A DNA stretch of 59,867 nt, filler included, from Catajapyx aquilonaris (lineage: Eukaryota): the NCBI GenBank assembly GCA_000934665.2. It is 2 parts of 2 records of this genome, joined end to end, with 100 filler letters (N's around TTAATTAATTAA, not from the genome) between each part and the next. Parts side by side here need not be neighbours in the genome. Positions count along the whole stretch, not along the records: positions 1 to 29,875 come from JYFJ02004720.1; 1 more part is not named here. One strand, 5' to 3'. The notes beneath the pieces were generated by a model. The model was not told where the DNA came from, searched no databases, and was given only the letters and a program-made list of their open reading frames with translations. Made by a program: the position numbers and the translations under genes. Positions 1 through 12,913 of this stretch are shown here, in pieces (position 1 is the first letter of the stretch; every line of letters starts with the position of its first letter).

Positions 1-730
1 TATATGATTGTCATCACTAGATAATGTCACTCATGGGCTACTAGACGTAGGACAGGCTGTGCCTGGAAATGTCGCCACCCTCGTCATTTCCCCCTCTTAT
101 CCCCTCCACTGCAGTGGCCGCACCTGTCGCCCTCTATCCCTCCAACTAGGCCATTGTGTTTCCAACTGTCCTTACCCGACATTGTTCAAGGCGCTTTCTC
201 CAAAGAGGGCACACTTGTTTCCCATCGCTGAATTGCAAACATAACTTCCGATCGCAAGGTCACATGTTAAATGCCAGGCGGCCGTGATAGTACCGGTGCA
301 TTTGCTCTCTTGGTGTGCCAAAGCTCTTTCACCTCAACATACTACGAGCCTTACAAAGTAGCCAAAAGCTGGCTCTCATCCAGTATGCAGTAGTCGCTAC
401 TGTATTCCCAGACTTCGTCTTCCGACATATCTGAATTCACAGTCGACGTGACATATTTTTAATGCCCTAATTTCTATACATGCATCTGCACAATTTAACT
501 GGTCGGAATTTGTGCTAATTATACTAGTCATGTGCTGTAAGTGTTAGGTAGACTGAACCACTGTTCTGGCCAATCCTTAACCGGCATTTACTAGACACGA
601 TTAGCAGTTTAATAACAATAAATCTTGACGTATGAAGTTGAAAATGTTTAACACTTGATAATAATCAGTAGAGTAGGCTATTGACTTGCAGTGTTTATTG
701 ATGTAGATGTGGAGTAATGGTAGTCAGGCA

Positions 731-997
731 GTGCAAATGCCACATGTGAATTAAAACAGGTGCGAATGAGATGGGGTGTCTTTCGGTGACCCTGCGCCAC
801 CCCATACTATCTGGGAGGCGTATTGTTGTGCTCTGACGATTTTGAGGATTGTTCCAAAGACGAGCCTTTATTCGTAGCTGATGGAATACGCAACCGGATG
901 TAGCGACATATCTGCAGGGGTGGCGCAGGGTCACCGAAGGACACCCCACCTGCACGACTCATTCGCACCTAGCTTTGTTTTGCATATAGCATTGCAC
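731..997. mobile_element. Degenerate MITE-like inverted-repeat element
   Basis: TGGGGTGTCTTTCGGTGACCCTGCGCCACCCC (~772-803) pairs with GGGGTGGCGCAGGGTCACCGAAGGACACCCCA (~917-948, 1 mismatch). AGGTGCGAATGAG (758-770) pairs with CTCATTCGCACCT (958-970). Weaker pairing continues to ~731/997. No clear TSD. Confidence 0.75.
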
Positions 998-3803
998 ATT
1001 TTGCTATTCCATTTTTGCTAAGTAAATGCGGTATCTACTGTACAAGTTTTTAAAAATGGAATAGGAAAGAGTGGAGAGGAATGAAACGCAGGAGTCATGC
1101 TTTTCTCTCACATCAGACAGTAAAAGCTTTTACATTCCATGGTGTGACGGCAATGACTAGCCTCTTTGTACGTGTACCTTGCAATATGATACGGGCCTAC
1201 CTATCAGAATACAACTTGAACGAAGATAAAAATGATTTCAGCTCCTCCGCTAGCGATTTCTTAGATTTCTTCGTAGGCATGATGCACAGAAATTAGAAGG
1301 CATTCATTTGAAGAATATGGCATTGAATAAGTGTAGGTTCTGCTCGGCAGTGTCTGTTTTTAAATTACTCAAGTGGTTATCAGTGTGGAACTCGTCCTGA
1401 CCTGTTATGCAACCACACCCTTGTAGCAGGTGCGACCTAACCTACAGGCGCAAGAAGGCGCCTGCGCTACTTGGGAAATCTACAGTACAACAAATTAATC
1501 ATCATTCACTATACAACCACCATTTAGCCGTTCGTGGTTAAATTTCGCTAATCACGATGGGTCCATTTCCGCACAGAAGGGAGGCATGCAAGTGAAGGGT
1601 CAGCCATTGTGACTAGACCTACTCTAGCTACTCACACCAAGCCCGATTTGACAGGCCTATTTCTCCTCAAGGCGGAAGTAAGATGTGAAATATGACAGGC
1701 ATGTTAGACTTGACGGTTATGTGAACCTGTTATAGCATTACCAAATTAATGATAATGGTGGTGAATAATATTGATTGTGCTAATATAACGCGAACGGCAA
1801 GGTATTGAATAGATTGCAGGTACCCGAGTAAGCCTGCTTAATCCGTATTACTCTTTGAAGTTTGGAAATTGAAAACCGTGACGAAACTGAGAGCTTATAG
1901 ATAATGCTATAGTTATTACTTGGCGTGTGGCATTTTTACTTCAATTTCGTAAACCTACAGTGAGCATTCCTAGTTTTGATATGATAGTGAGTGACAATAA
2001 CAATAATACCTTCACGAGTTTTTTAAAGGGTGTACTTAGATGATATTACCGCAGTAGTAGGTCGTTAATCATATTTTTTATTAGTGGCAACTTCTATTTT
2101 ACAATCTCTTAGAAGGAAAAAGCCCTAATTCCACTCTCCAAAAATCACGTGTCTACCTAATGATATCAGTAAAGTTGAAATTGGTGCCAAAGAAGTTATT
2201 AAACCTCGCACATCTTGAATACTGTGAAAATGGCAGGTCTGGTCACATAATGACCTCCATCACAAGGCAACGAGCTATTTTCATTGCACTGATAACACGT
2301 CAGTTACTCTTTTTTTGTCATTCTCTCCACACTTGTCAGTGTGTCTTTATGGTCACGATTGGTAATCAGCAGCATGGCTGGTATAATCCCCATCTCTGCA
2401 ATTATCCTGCAGCAAGAACCGATTACTACTCTGCGCTAAACTTGCAAAATAATTACACGGCTCGAAGAGAGCCCCGATTACCATCGGCGTAAAACTTTCA
2501 AGTTGCTCTCACAGGCAAAGAATCACAGGTGGCCATTTCCGTTCCACGCGAGAGTGGAAAGGCTCGCAAAAAATGAGAGAACTTGAAATCAGAAGCTAAA
2601 AGGAGGACAAAAAAAAAATCGATTCGCATGTTACTTTTCCTTCATTAAATACAGGCCCAGGATTGTAAACGCTCGTATTGCAGTTCCTGTTTAGCCCACG
2701 TCTTTTTCGATTCTACCCCATCGGAGGAGGGTAGCGTTAAAATGTCAAATGTGAACAACCAAAGGAGAGGTCACGGGCACACTCTTGACGCCCAAGTGCT
2801 TTTGTCAACCCAGTTCGTGCTCCAAAACGCAAAATTCCACTCAACCATCTCATTAATGCAGCCTTTTTTTTTGCTTTTGAAACGTGCCACCGACGGAGAA
2901 TAAGCCACATCTGCTGGCGCTATTCTGACGCAAGCCAAGCAAATGCTGCGGCTTTTGCTGCATAGGGTAATGTGCTGCTTTAAGGAGGTCTGCACTAGCC
3001 TACTACTTGAAGTGCGATTCATCTCGCATTGTTGCTTTGCCAAGAATCCAGACCGCAATTATGTAATTAGGGGACGTTTAGAAGCAGTCTGCTCTGTGTT
3101 GGGTTAATCAACATGATTATTGCTCTGCTTGGGGAGAGAGGAAGTTGCTGAAGGAGTGCAGACTATTCTGCTTTGGGCGTGTTACTGGGTGAGTTCACAT
3201 GGAAGATCAGAGCAGGTACTTGACTACTTGTAAAGCATAACTCCAATTTGATGCCTCGGTACTGCATCTGGAATGAAACCTTTTCAGCTCGCACCCATCT
3301 GGATCTCAAATTTTTAATTGATGACTGTTAACAATTTTGGATGTACTGTTATGTGCTTTTTAATTGGAAGATAATACCTTTGAACAAAATAATGGAATAT
3401 TTTTATTTCTCATAGAAAGGATCTTCTTTTAATGAGAGTATTTTCTAATGATTATGTGACATGATTATGATCGAAGCGTCAGTCGGTGTTTGGAATATTC
3501 AATAATTAACATGAAACATGCATGTGATGTCAATAATGCGCATCACAGATGACTTCAAGTTGTCAGTTTCCTCGCTAACCTAGCAGAAAAGAGAACTGTC
3601 ATGAAGCTCGCGATAAAATCAGTAGATAAGCGGTAAAAATTTTTTTACTGCACTTGCACACTAACACTAAAAATGCTGCATACACCGCATGATGGGAGTT
3701 AGCGTGCCACTGAGGTGCACTTTTGATATCCCTTACTCAGTCATGCAAACATGATCGTACGCATAACTGGATAGCCTTAATTAATAGAATGGCATTTTTG
3801 CGG

Positions 3804-5285
3804 TAATGAACCAAGGTTCGAACGATTTTTAAAAACTTTCATTGCGATTTTCCATGCTTGTGGAAAACCTTTGGGGATTCTGTTTTTTTCTATAGAGTTA
3901 CAGATACAGAGGGCTGAATTTTGCCACAAATCCGACACAAATATATCATTCGATAGCGCCAGAGGCGCGAGAACAAACACGGTATTAAACGAACCAAAGT
4001 TTTGAGGACACGCATTTCTGCACCGGGTTACACTGCGTAATAACTCTGCAAATTCGAAGTGGTTGCGATGTCAGTATAGAGATGCTCTAGAGAAGGAAAG
4101 TGCGAGTAATCCATTGGTCACCTTGCCGTACCGGTATCTGCTTTTCTTTGCATCGTAGCGCAACAAAACTCTCGGTAAAGAACCAAGAAAAAAAGTAACG
4201 AACCAATAAGGCGTGCGATTTTCCCGTTCAGAACCTTTTCACGGTAGTATTTGTGAGCTGTTTTACCACTTCAGGGCGTACATAATTAAAACGAGACAAA
4301 TCAGGACACTGACCAGTCATCATAGGATTCTCATGTATTGGTCGATTGAGATGGCTGGATCGTATGACATGGTCATAGCATCGGCGCTGACTATACCTCA
4401 TCATGGGACAATGCCGTGATGATTGTGTATGTTGGATGTAACCCAGTATATGAAAAGGGTGCTGCCTGCCTACACACCAGTCTTTGGGGACCAGGCTGAC
4501 ACAGACACATCAATGAAGTTATGAACTGACTAGAGGGGAAAACATTTTAATAAATGTTTATTTAAAAATTTATAACAGCAAATTACAATTTGGCTGGTAA
4601 GTACAAAAATTATCTCTGGCAGTGAAAGACAAGGAAGTTCACCAGTGTCACAGATAAATGCAGATTTTTAAATTTACGGCCTATAAAAAGCGGGAGGCTC
4701 TCATGACTGGCAAGAATCTAAGGCTAGCTGCCACCACCTGCCACCTTGACCGCTACAGACAATTAACTTCCGGACCACCCATCTTGCAGTGGCATTGTAA
4801 ATAGAGGCAACTGTTTATGACCTGAGGGATTCGTGAACATTTGTTTTCAGCATCATAAATAAGAACCACTGAAGAGTACGCGCCCTCCTCTGGAGCTGTA
4901 TCCCTCTACCTTCCTCCTCAAAAAATCGGCGGTAGCATCAGAGCATATCCGGATAACACATCGCGTCACTTTGATTTGTAACTTTTGACATCGAATCTGA
5001 AATCAGCGCCATTGAAAACCATTACATAAAAATATATGCATTTGTGGCCGTGGATTTGCTTATTATCTGAGCCGAGATCGGAGGGAGCGCGCTCGGCGCG
5101 GCGGCAGGAAAATGCCTTGGTTCGTTATACCGTCCAAATAAATACATGAAGGTATGGTATTGGGCTGAATCTTTGCACACTGCTGTATTGCACGACTCTC
5201 ACGGAGGTTTGCAAGTTTGACGCTCCAAGTCATTGGTATAGAGTGCGTACGAGAATTTTTTGTAATTTTTGGTAACGAACCAAAG
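3804..5285. repeat. Dispersed cluster of a (T)AACGAACCAA(G) motif, probably subterminal repeats of decayed DNA transposon(s)
   Basis: Copies at ~3804, 3987, 4174, 4195, 5115 (reverse) and 5271. A related GGGCTGAAT(C)TTTGC(C)ACA segment occurs at ~3911 and ~5162. Confidence 0.55.
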
Positions 5286-5399
5286 CTTTTGGATGACTGG
5301 TTAGTTACTGAAACTGACGCACACAGAGATCACCCTCCGACAATTTAAGCACATCAATCGAAAGAGGACATCAAGATGCATCCAACAGACATGCTTGCG

Positions 5400-6300
5400 A
5401 AGTGATCTAATGAATAGAAATTCTTACAGAGGCGCCAAAAGCCGCGCGTGTCCCCAGACACCAAAAGGCCGTCCGAGCCCGTCTGCGCGCACAATTGAAC
5501 GTATGAGCAGCTGGTGCCAAAGAACAGCAACACTGGGCAATTTTAAGGTTGGCATTGTTTAGTAGAGATGTTGAGCATCCGATTGGTGTGATCAAACGCG
5601 GTATTCAACGAAAAAATAATCGTCGCTTCATGTCCGCTCTATCGCAAAAATGTCCAGAATGCTTATAGCTACAGTATACCCTCATAGACTTGATACGAGC
5701 GTATTTTCGAAATTGCTGTGCGTGAAAACATGGCGCGCATATTTACTGTTGCCCTCAGTGTAGAGGATAGCAAACACTCCACTGCCAGGACTTAGGTCAC
5801 ATTCTTCTTGAATATAATGTACCGATATGCCACAGTGATCGATGGATGGGTGGAGAGGTACTGTCAATTCAAAGTGGATTCAGCCTGTAGTTCCGACTCT
5901 GATAGCCAACGACGACATGTTTTGTTTCTCAAATCTGAATAAACGGGTATCAATGATTGTGCTGCTGAATCATGATCCAACCCCCCGGCAGGTCAGATAA
6001 TATTGGTTACATCGAAACTAACCCAGTCATTACTTTTATCACGACAAAGGCTAATGGATAAAGTTGGTCCCGACAAACGTGGCGGAAACATTGCCACAAT
6101 TGTTCATTTTTGCTACTATTCTTGGATAAATTGACTTTTTCTGGCACTTTTGTCTTTATGGCTGATACGTGGAACCCATGATACTAATGTGTCTTATACT
6201 CGTATTTTCATATTTTTGAAACGTTCCATTCTTTTCCATTACACAGGTACAGTGTATAATATCGTAACGGAGAAAGTGATTTGGACTGATAATAATTTGC
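5400..6300 (-). pseudogene. Decayed hAT-superfamily transposase fragment
   Basis: Minus-strand translations give collinear hAT-like motifs across frameshifts and stops: a possible BED-finger remnant (NTSIRHI, ~6200), GISVHYIQEECDL (ORF 5682-5867; cf. xGITxHYIDxxWxL), NNANLKIA (cf. TDNAxNxxxA) and AAHT-(L)QLC at ~5500 (cf. CxAHxLQL/NL). Boundaries are approximate. Confidence 0.55.
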
Positions 6301-9076
6301 TTGGACACATAACATGTGTTTTGGTGAAGAAGGACAAACTAACTCGCACTGATTTTACCAAATTTGAAAATAAATGCGTTGTTCCTTTCAAATCCATTTA
6401 AAAAAAACACATTTCAAAAGTCATTCTAACCCCACACCTGCAACCGTGATACTGCAACCAATGTATGCGATAAGTTAATCTCTATACCAATCCACCTAGA
6501 CCAATATTACGCCAATATTGGCAGACACATCGGCAAGAAATATTGGCTTCACCACATTAACCACCAGCGATAAAACTCGGTTCAAATGTCTATTTGTCAG
6601 TTTATAATGCAGCATAAGCATATAACTTACCTCAAACAGCTTGATGCACAAGCCACGTAATTTGAAAGACTATCCAACCGATATAAAGTGGAAGAATCCA
6701 ATAATGTCGCCCTAAGCGATAAATCTCGCCACGAACAAAATACACCATGATCACTTCCGCCCACCTCTCCCGCCGAAAAAAAAAACTCTGCTTGCCTCAA
6801 CTCCTAAATCTACCACAAAAAGAGCTGAGAGAACGTGAGTGTGTATCCCATCTCCTGAGATGGAATTACAGTCCTCAAAGGAGTGGCCCGTAGTGACATA
6901 AATATACCCCAAAAAAGACAGATTGCGACGCAAGTGGAAGAGAAGCACTCTGTGCGCTCTTTACACCGGACGGAAATTGCAAGGGCGATTCTAGCTTTAC
7001 CCAAAAGGTAGAGAATTTATTTGGTGTAAACTCAGGCTGGTTGTGGGTTCAACAAAGCTGCAAATGCAGATGAGAGGCTAAAGCGTCTTTTCAGCATCTT
7101 TTATACTCTGGGTTATTCTAAATTTGGTAGCAATTTGCCAGTTGGTATATAAGGTACGGAATAGAATAATTATGTTGATATGCTTCAACCAATTTTTTTT
7201 TGCAATGTAGAGCATTGGTCTATTAATTTTATGATGCTGATTAGGTATCCACAACATGAATAACTCATAATGCAAGTTTACTGCGCGTCATTTTGGTGTA
7301 GCAAATAAACTCTAATTACGCTCAAAGCTGCAGTGTTTTAAAGTGGTAGTTTTTGTTTAGGTACTTTGTAATATATTCTGGTGCTTTCGAAAATGAAAAG
7401 CAGAGTTTTGGACAAAATTAGAATATTCATGTTGTCCTCAACTTCACTGAGCTCAAATTTCCAAAATGTCACTGGAAAGCGAATGAAGGAAATTGTATGA
7501 CAGCGGTGTTGTTACATAATGCGCAGGAGATTAACCGGATGAATGTATTACTGTCGCACATGTTTAAATTTTATTCTGTGAGTCAGTTGTATGAGTATGA
7601 TCATTTTGATTCTAACGCACAAGTTTAGCTATGGACGTTAGCTACATTTTTTCGCTTCTAAAGTGTAGCTTATGTGTGATTCATGAGCGATTAAAAATAC
7701 TGTACTGTACGTCACAGTACAGTGGGTAATTCCCTCTACATGCATATGCGTTGCATTTTAAATAAGTTAAATAGAAACATATGGTATTATGAAGTGTGTT
7801 CTATAATAATTGTTACATAATGAAGGATATTAAGGAGTAAAGGATGACCCCCTTGTCTAAAACTAATCATCAGTGATAATAATTTTTTTTAAAAATCAAA
7901 AATGGCCGTCTAAAATAGGGGCATCAAAATAGACTACATTCTAACTGAATCCGGCGCGGCGGTGACATTATTATAACTGTATATAAATATATAACAAACG
8001 TGCAATAATTACATCTGCACCGAGTCAATATTTACCCCAGGCATTTTCCGTTAGCATCACACACATGTTGGATTTCAAGGCAATTTAAAAAGTGGTCATG
8101 TTAACGTCTTTCCGAATCCAATTCCATTGACCTCTAATTTCAACCTGGCCGAACATCTGGTTATTACTGCAGTGACTGCATTTGAGACGAGTTCCTCAAA
8201 CTCAGACTCGCAAAAATTTATCATCATATTTATCAATATTATTTTATATGCGAATTTACATACTTATTATCTTAACGAATGACACAGGCACAATCTGGTG
8301 CATTATGTTGACATTTTTGCAATTCACATGAAATCGAATATCATGCACATGCCACCAATTTCAACAAGTTATAATGTGGAGAGTAGAATAAGCACTCCTG
8401 AGGGATAATCCTTATAAATGCAAATAGTTGAATGAGTTAGTGAGTGCTTAATGTTGTACCACCCTCTCGAGCACCTTAAGTCATATACAGTATACACAGT
8501 TACACACACATGTTACGTGGTCTTCGTTTTGCCTCGTCCTCTCCAATAAATAAAAAAAACACTTACGACGCGACGCTTGCAAGGTACCCCCGCCCTCCGT
8601 ACATACACACCCGTAATGCAACGTCCCGGTCGCCAATCAGAGTTCCCTCTGGGGGCAGTACAGGTGTCTGATAAATGGGGACGTCGCGTACGTTTGACCT
8701 GTGTGAATTATGGCTATGAAAAACTAGATCAATGACAGAAGATTATGCACTTGACAGTTGACTAATAGGATAATCCCATAACAAACAGCCACAGTGAATA
8801 TCCCTGCATTTAAAAAAATGGCATATAAGTTATTTTGATGTCCATACCTAGTAAGGCCTTCTCATATTTTTAGTTCCAGTTTGAGGTCAAATGGTTAAAG
8901 GTTATAGGCTACAATCTATGAAAACTTGAGCAAACAAGCACCTCTGTCTTCTATTTTTCACTGCGATACAAATAAGAAACGTTATGACTTAAGTTTGGTC
9001 GATTTTTTATGTGATTGCCCAATGAAAAAATGTGTTAGTGTCAAAAATCCTTTCAAGGTAAAGAATGTGTTGCGGA

Positions 9077-9434
9077 CAAAGATATCTGCTATGTATACTG
9101 CTAGATGCATAACTCCCTATCCCTTTCCATACAAGCAAAGTGAAGCCAAATCACGCCCAGTCAAGATGACGTCATCGTTACTTTGGGCGGGGCAGCAGAA
9201 GCGGCCTTAGGGGCGGCCCCTGTGCAGATGGGCCGGACAGCAGTGGGACGTTTCCAGGGGCGCGGGGCATCCCTTGAAGATGCCCAACTACGTACAGGGC
9301 ACCACGGCAGATCGATCCAAGCCGCCCAAAGCCGCCATCTTTGCTTTGGGCGACAGGCACAAACTCCATGCAAAAATAGCTTCACTTTTTCTTGGAAGTT
9401 ATGCATCTAGCAGTATATGTAGCAGATATCTTTG
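9077..9434. mobile_element. Non-autonomous DNA transposon (MITE) with 8-bp TSD, P-element-like termini
   Basis: 41-bp TIRs CAAAGATATCTGCT... (9077-9117) / ...AGCAGATATCTTTG (9394-9434), 38/41 matched. Perfect direct repeat GTTGCGGA at 9069-9076 and 9435-9442. Further internal pairing (AAAGTGAAGC/GCTTCACTTT; CTTTGGGCGG/CCGCCCAAAG). Confidence 0.9.
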
Positions 9435-9538
9435 GTTGCGGATAATAATCATTATACTTTGGTAGACAAACAATGCAGACGTTCAGGTGTTTACACACTT
9501 CTCCGCATATTTATACTGATGAGTAGGCCTACTTTATA

Positions 9539-9963
9539 CAGGGTGTATCTGAACTCAGTGCCCCGACGTATATGACTGCCTTCCTAGCCACCAGAGGATC
9601 AACTTATGTAGAGGAGTCATTATGTCTGGGCAGCCTCATTACTGAGATACACTCTTTAGCGATTTTTGCCTAATCGCTCCTTCTGACTTTTAAATAGAAT
9701 TTTCTGGTGTAACTAGCCAAAGAGGCCTTACCACCTGTGGGCAACAAACCAACAAAGTCCGGCCCCCAGACCTTCCAGAGCCTTCTGACTGGGGGAGGGT
9801 TCGATGGGTGGCCTAACCGACAGGATATTTTATACTACATGTTTGCGGCCAATTATCTCAGGAATGCGGCGGCCAGACATAATGACTCCTATACTTAAAT
9901 CGATCCTCTGGTGGCTAGGAAGGCAGTCATATACGTCGGGGCACTGAGTTCAGATACACCCTG
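9539..9963. mobile_element. Tc1/mariner-type MITE (CAGGGTG termini, TA TSD)
   Basis: TA|CAGGGTGTATCTGAACTCAGTGCCCCGACG... pairs perfectly for ~62 bp with ...CAGATACACCCTG|TA, then imperfectly to ~110 bp. Confidence 0.92.
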
Positions 9964-9981
9964 TATAGAGTCCGTTCCAAT

Positions 9982-10221
9982 CCGTCCAGGCAATCCGGGT
10001 TCTTTTAGTTATCGCAAATTTTGCCAGATGTTGCTTTTTTGTGTAGCTTGTTACGCCCCAATCAAGGTGCCAAATTATGTAGTAGACTCTGATATTATTC
10101 GATCACAGCTGGGAATAATTGGGCACCTCTATCGAGGTCCAAAAAGCTACACAAAAATAATAAATTCGGGCGACATTTGCGATAACTAAAAAGATCTGGC
10201 TTTAGCGTTTCAACAGGACGG
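9982..10221. mobile_element. Degenerate palindromic (fold-back) element
   Basis: Nested inverted pairs: CCGTCC/GGACGG, TTTTAGTTATCGCAAAT/ATTTGCGATAACTAAAA, TTTTGTGTAGCT/AGCTACACAAAA, AGGTGCCAAATTAT/ATAATTGGGCACCT. Termini and TSD are not recognisable. Confidence 0.7.
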
Positions 10222-12568
10222 GCGCCGGAAAAATTCAGACGATGAAATTCATATTTTTGATGCTGCCTATGAGTCTTTTTAACCATGGGGAAGAAGAGGT
10301 GTCTGAAGAGCACACTTTGGTGAACTTAGACCTGTAGGAAATATGCACTGACGAATTTCAGACTACAAGAGTTGATATTATGGAAGAGTGGTTCGCGCTC
10401 AGATGTGGAGCATGTGAGAACGTCAGCTGTGCTCTCAACATGGGACTGACAATCAGGGCCACATGCACATTGTTGCTTCCCCTGACACTGGTTGCTTTGA
10501 GTAAATTATTAGCAACTGCTGTGTTTGTTTGTTTACCAATTTGGTTGCAGACACCTTCACATGATAACTATTAGTGTGTATTTTAGGTGCTAGTAGTGCG
10601 AGAGGAAAAAATGAACTGTGGAGAAAGGACTCATAAGCGCATGCGCGTATTCTGAAAACCGGTTCATGCCTGAGGCTTCCGAATCCAGATGCTTGGCAAG
10701 TTGCTTTGGAGTTAGTGACACGAAAACGGAGCAGTTCTGGAACTCTCGAGTGCTGGAACTCACATTCCGAGGTTTCATAGTGACAAGTAAAAATAGTCAA
10801 TCACTGGCCGGTCGCCTGTGGCAACGAAATAAAGGAACGGAACGGACATCATCTCAACCAGCAGGTGGTGTTGTTTATCCGATGCCCGTGGCAACAATGA
10901 CTTGGCAACCATTGTTCAGATTAACCTCCGTCTCCCTTGGCAACTATTCCAAACCCCTTCCTCTTTCCCACACTGGCAAACATGCGCATTTCTCCCCCTG
11001 ATGGGCCAACAGGATTTTGTTCATATACATAATTCTGCCTACACGGATGTAAGCATAATATTATGAAACACATGGTAAGCGTAGGTGCACTAACAAAAAG
11101 GTATTTTGCAAGCTCGAATCGCGAGAGCTCGACCAGGGCAAATGTCAGACCATGCTTACAGCAGGGATTTACTCGTTTTGCTTTCAGAACTAATACCTCG
11201 CCCCTGACAACTTCCTAAAAGCCAGGTTAAAAGACGCCCACTCAATGCATTATATCACTCGCAACGCGTATAGAATCGACCAGTGTTCCTAAATGGACAT
11301 GCCGCGAATTTTATATAAGCTTTCATGTGTAGGCTACTGAATTGCTAATATAGGGTTTCCACAGTGTGCCATAAGACACCCCATAATGGTTGCCCTCGAG
11401 GTTTTAGGGGCTAAAAGCAGTGCGGGAAAATAGCATGTTGTTAGGCTAGAAGTTGTAGGATAATATTTCATATTTACAAGAACATAAGGGTTGTCCGAAA
11501 GTCGTCCCTTCTGGATCTTTGGCGGCCTTTTATTTGTTGTAGAGACTTTTAAGCTAACGTCACGCGTGTCCTAACCACGTCACGGCCCGTCACGGTCGCA
11601 TCAACTCCCTACCAGCACGAAGTAGGCCTATAGAACAAACCCTTTCGTACCAATATTATCCTTGCTAATGGACCGTCAAGGGCCGCAGCTTGTTAGCAAA
11701 ATGTGTACTTACATCGGCAAGATTCTACGAGGCTTTTCACAGCATGTGATGACTCGTTGGCGTTGTTTCTATCTAGCAGTACAGTGCACATCCGCCGTCT
11801 CTTGAGAACAACAGGCTTAACTGCAATATGCAGTAAGCTCGAGTGTTGTTATTAGACTACTGCAACAGCCTGCGGGGTAGTACAATGAAATGTGATAAGT
11901 GCAAACATGCACTTTTTGGCACATTGGAATTGCAGTTTGTTTGTATAGGACGGCACATATGCGCATCTTCCTGTGGTCAGACTTGGAAAATGGGAAGTTT
12001 TGAACGAGCGCCCAGGACAGGTGCATCAGACCTCAGGGAAGACTAATCCTGCAGTTCTGCTGGTGCCAGCTCATAATGCTGCACATACACTTGCTTGTGC
12101 CCTGCTCCGACTCGTGGGCTGCTTGTTAATTCACTCATCCCGAGTGGAGCCCCCACAAACAGACCAGACACCCGAAATGGGGTATCCTTCCTTCCTGTCC
12201 AGCACCACAGGACACTGTTACTCACGAGTGGTGTTGGTGTCACGCCGCATCTCTTTGGCACCTCTTTTCTCAGTGACTATTATTCATAGGTCGACAGCAG
12301 CATGTATAACTCAAATATTACGTCTGTCATAAACATTTTTTGACATATAGTACAGTTGCCTGAAGAAGTGCTTGCCAGCTATTTATGAGTTTGGTTAACG
12401 ACTTAAGTGCCATATTGACGCCGACAGAGCAGTGTAGGCACTGTATTGTCGCACCCGCTTATTTTTTTATATTTTGAATATGTGAATAGTTCTGAAGCAA
12501 AATATGTAATAAGAGAATGCTACTCAAAGCAACGACAATGAAATTAAGTGCACTCACAAGGGAATGAC

Positions 12569-12913
12569 CAAGGGTGGTCGCCTCCGATTTGGCTGAAACT
12601 TGCATGAGGGGCCAATCATGTGCCACAAACACAGTGGTGAAGTCCTAAATTCCCATTTTCAGCCGTTTCCGAAATATGAGCGACAGAAGCATCCTAAAAA
12701 ATTTTGCCAGCGCGTACAGGGGTCGCGCGGGAAAGGGACAAGTGCAATGCCCCTATACGATACCCCTATATGCGCGGCAAAAATTCGGATATTTCTGTCT
12801 CTCATATCTCGGAAACTGTTGAAAACGGGGATTTGGAACTTTCACCACTGTGTTTGTGCTACATGATTGACCCCTCATGCAAGTTTCAGCCAAATCGGAG
12901 GCGACCACCCTTG
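12569..12913. mobile_element. Near-fully palindromic MITE, CAAGG termini, possible decayed 8-bp TSD (P-like)
   Basis: CAAGGGTGGTCGCCTCCGATTTGGCTGAAACTTGCATGAGGGG pairs perfectly with CCCCTCATGCAAGTTTCAGCCAAATCGGAGGCGACCACCCTTG. Imperfect pairing continues ~150 bp to the centre. Flanks GGAATGAC (12561-12568) and GTAATTAC (12914-12921) match at 6/8. Confidence 0.88.

Noticed and set aside
10430..10570. Cys-rich CXC-like peptide on the minus strand (QCACGPDCQ)
   Set aside because: Interrupted by stops and could arise by chance.
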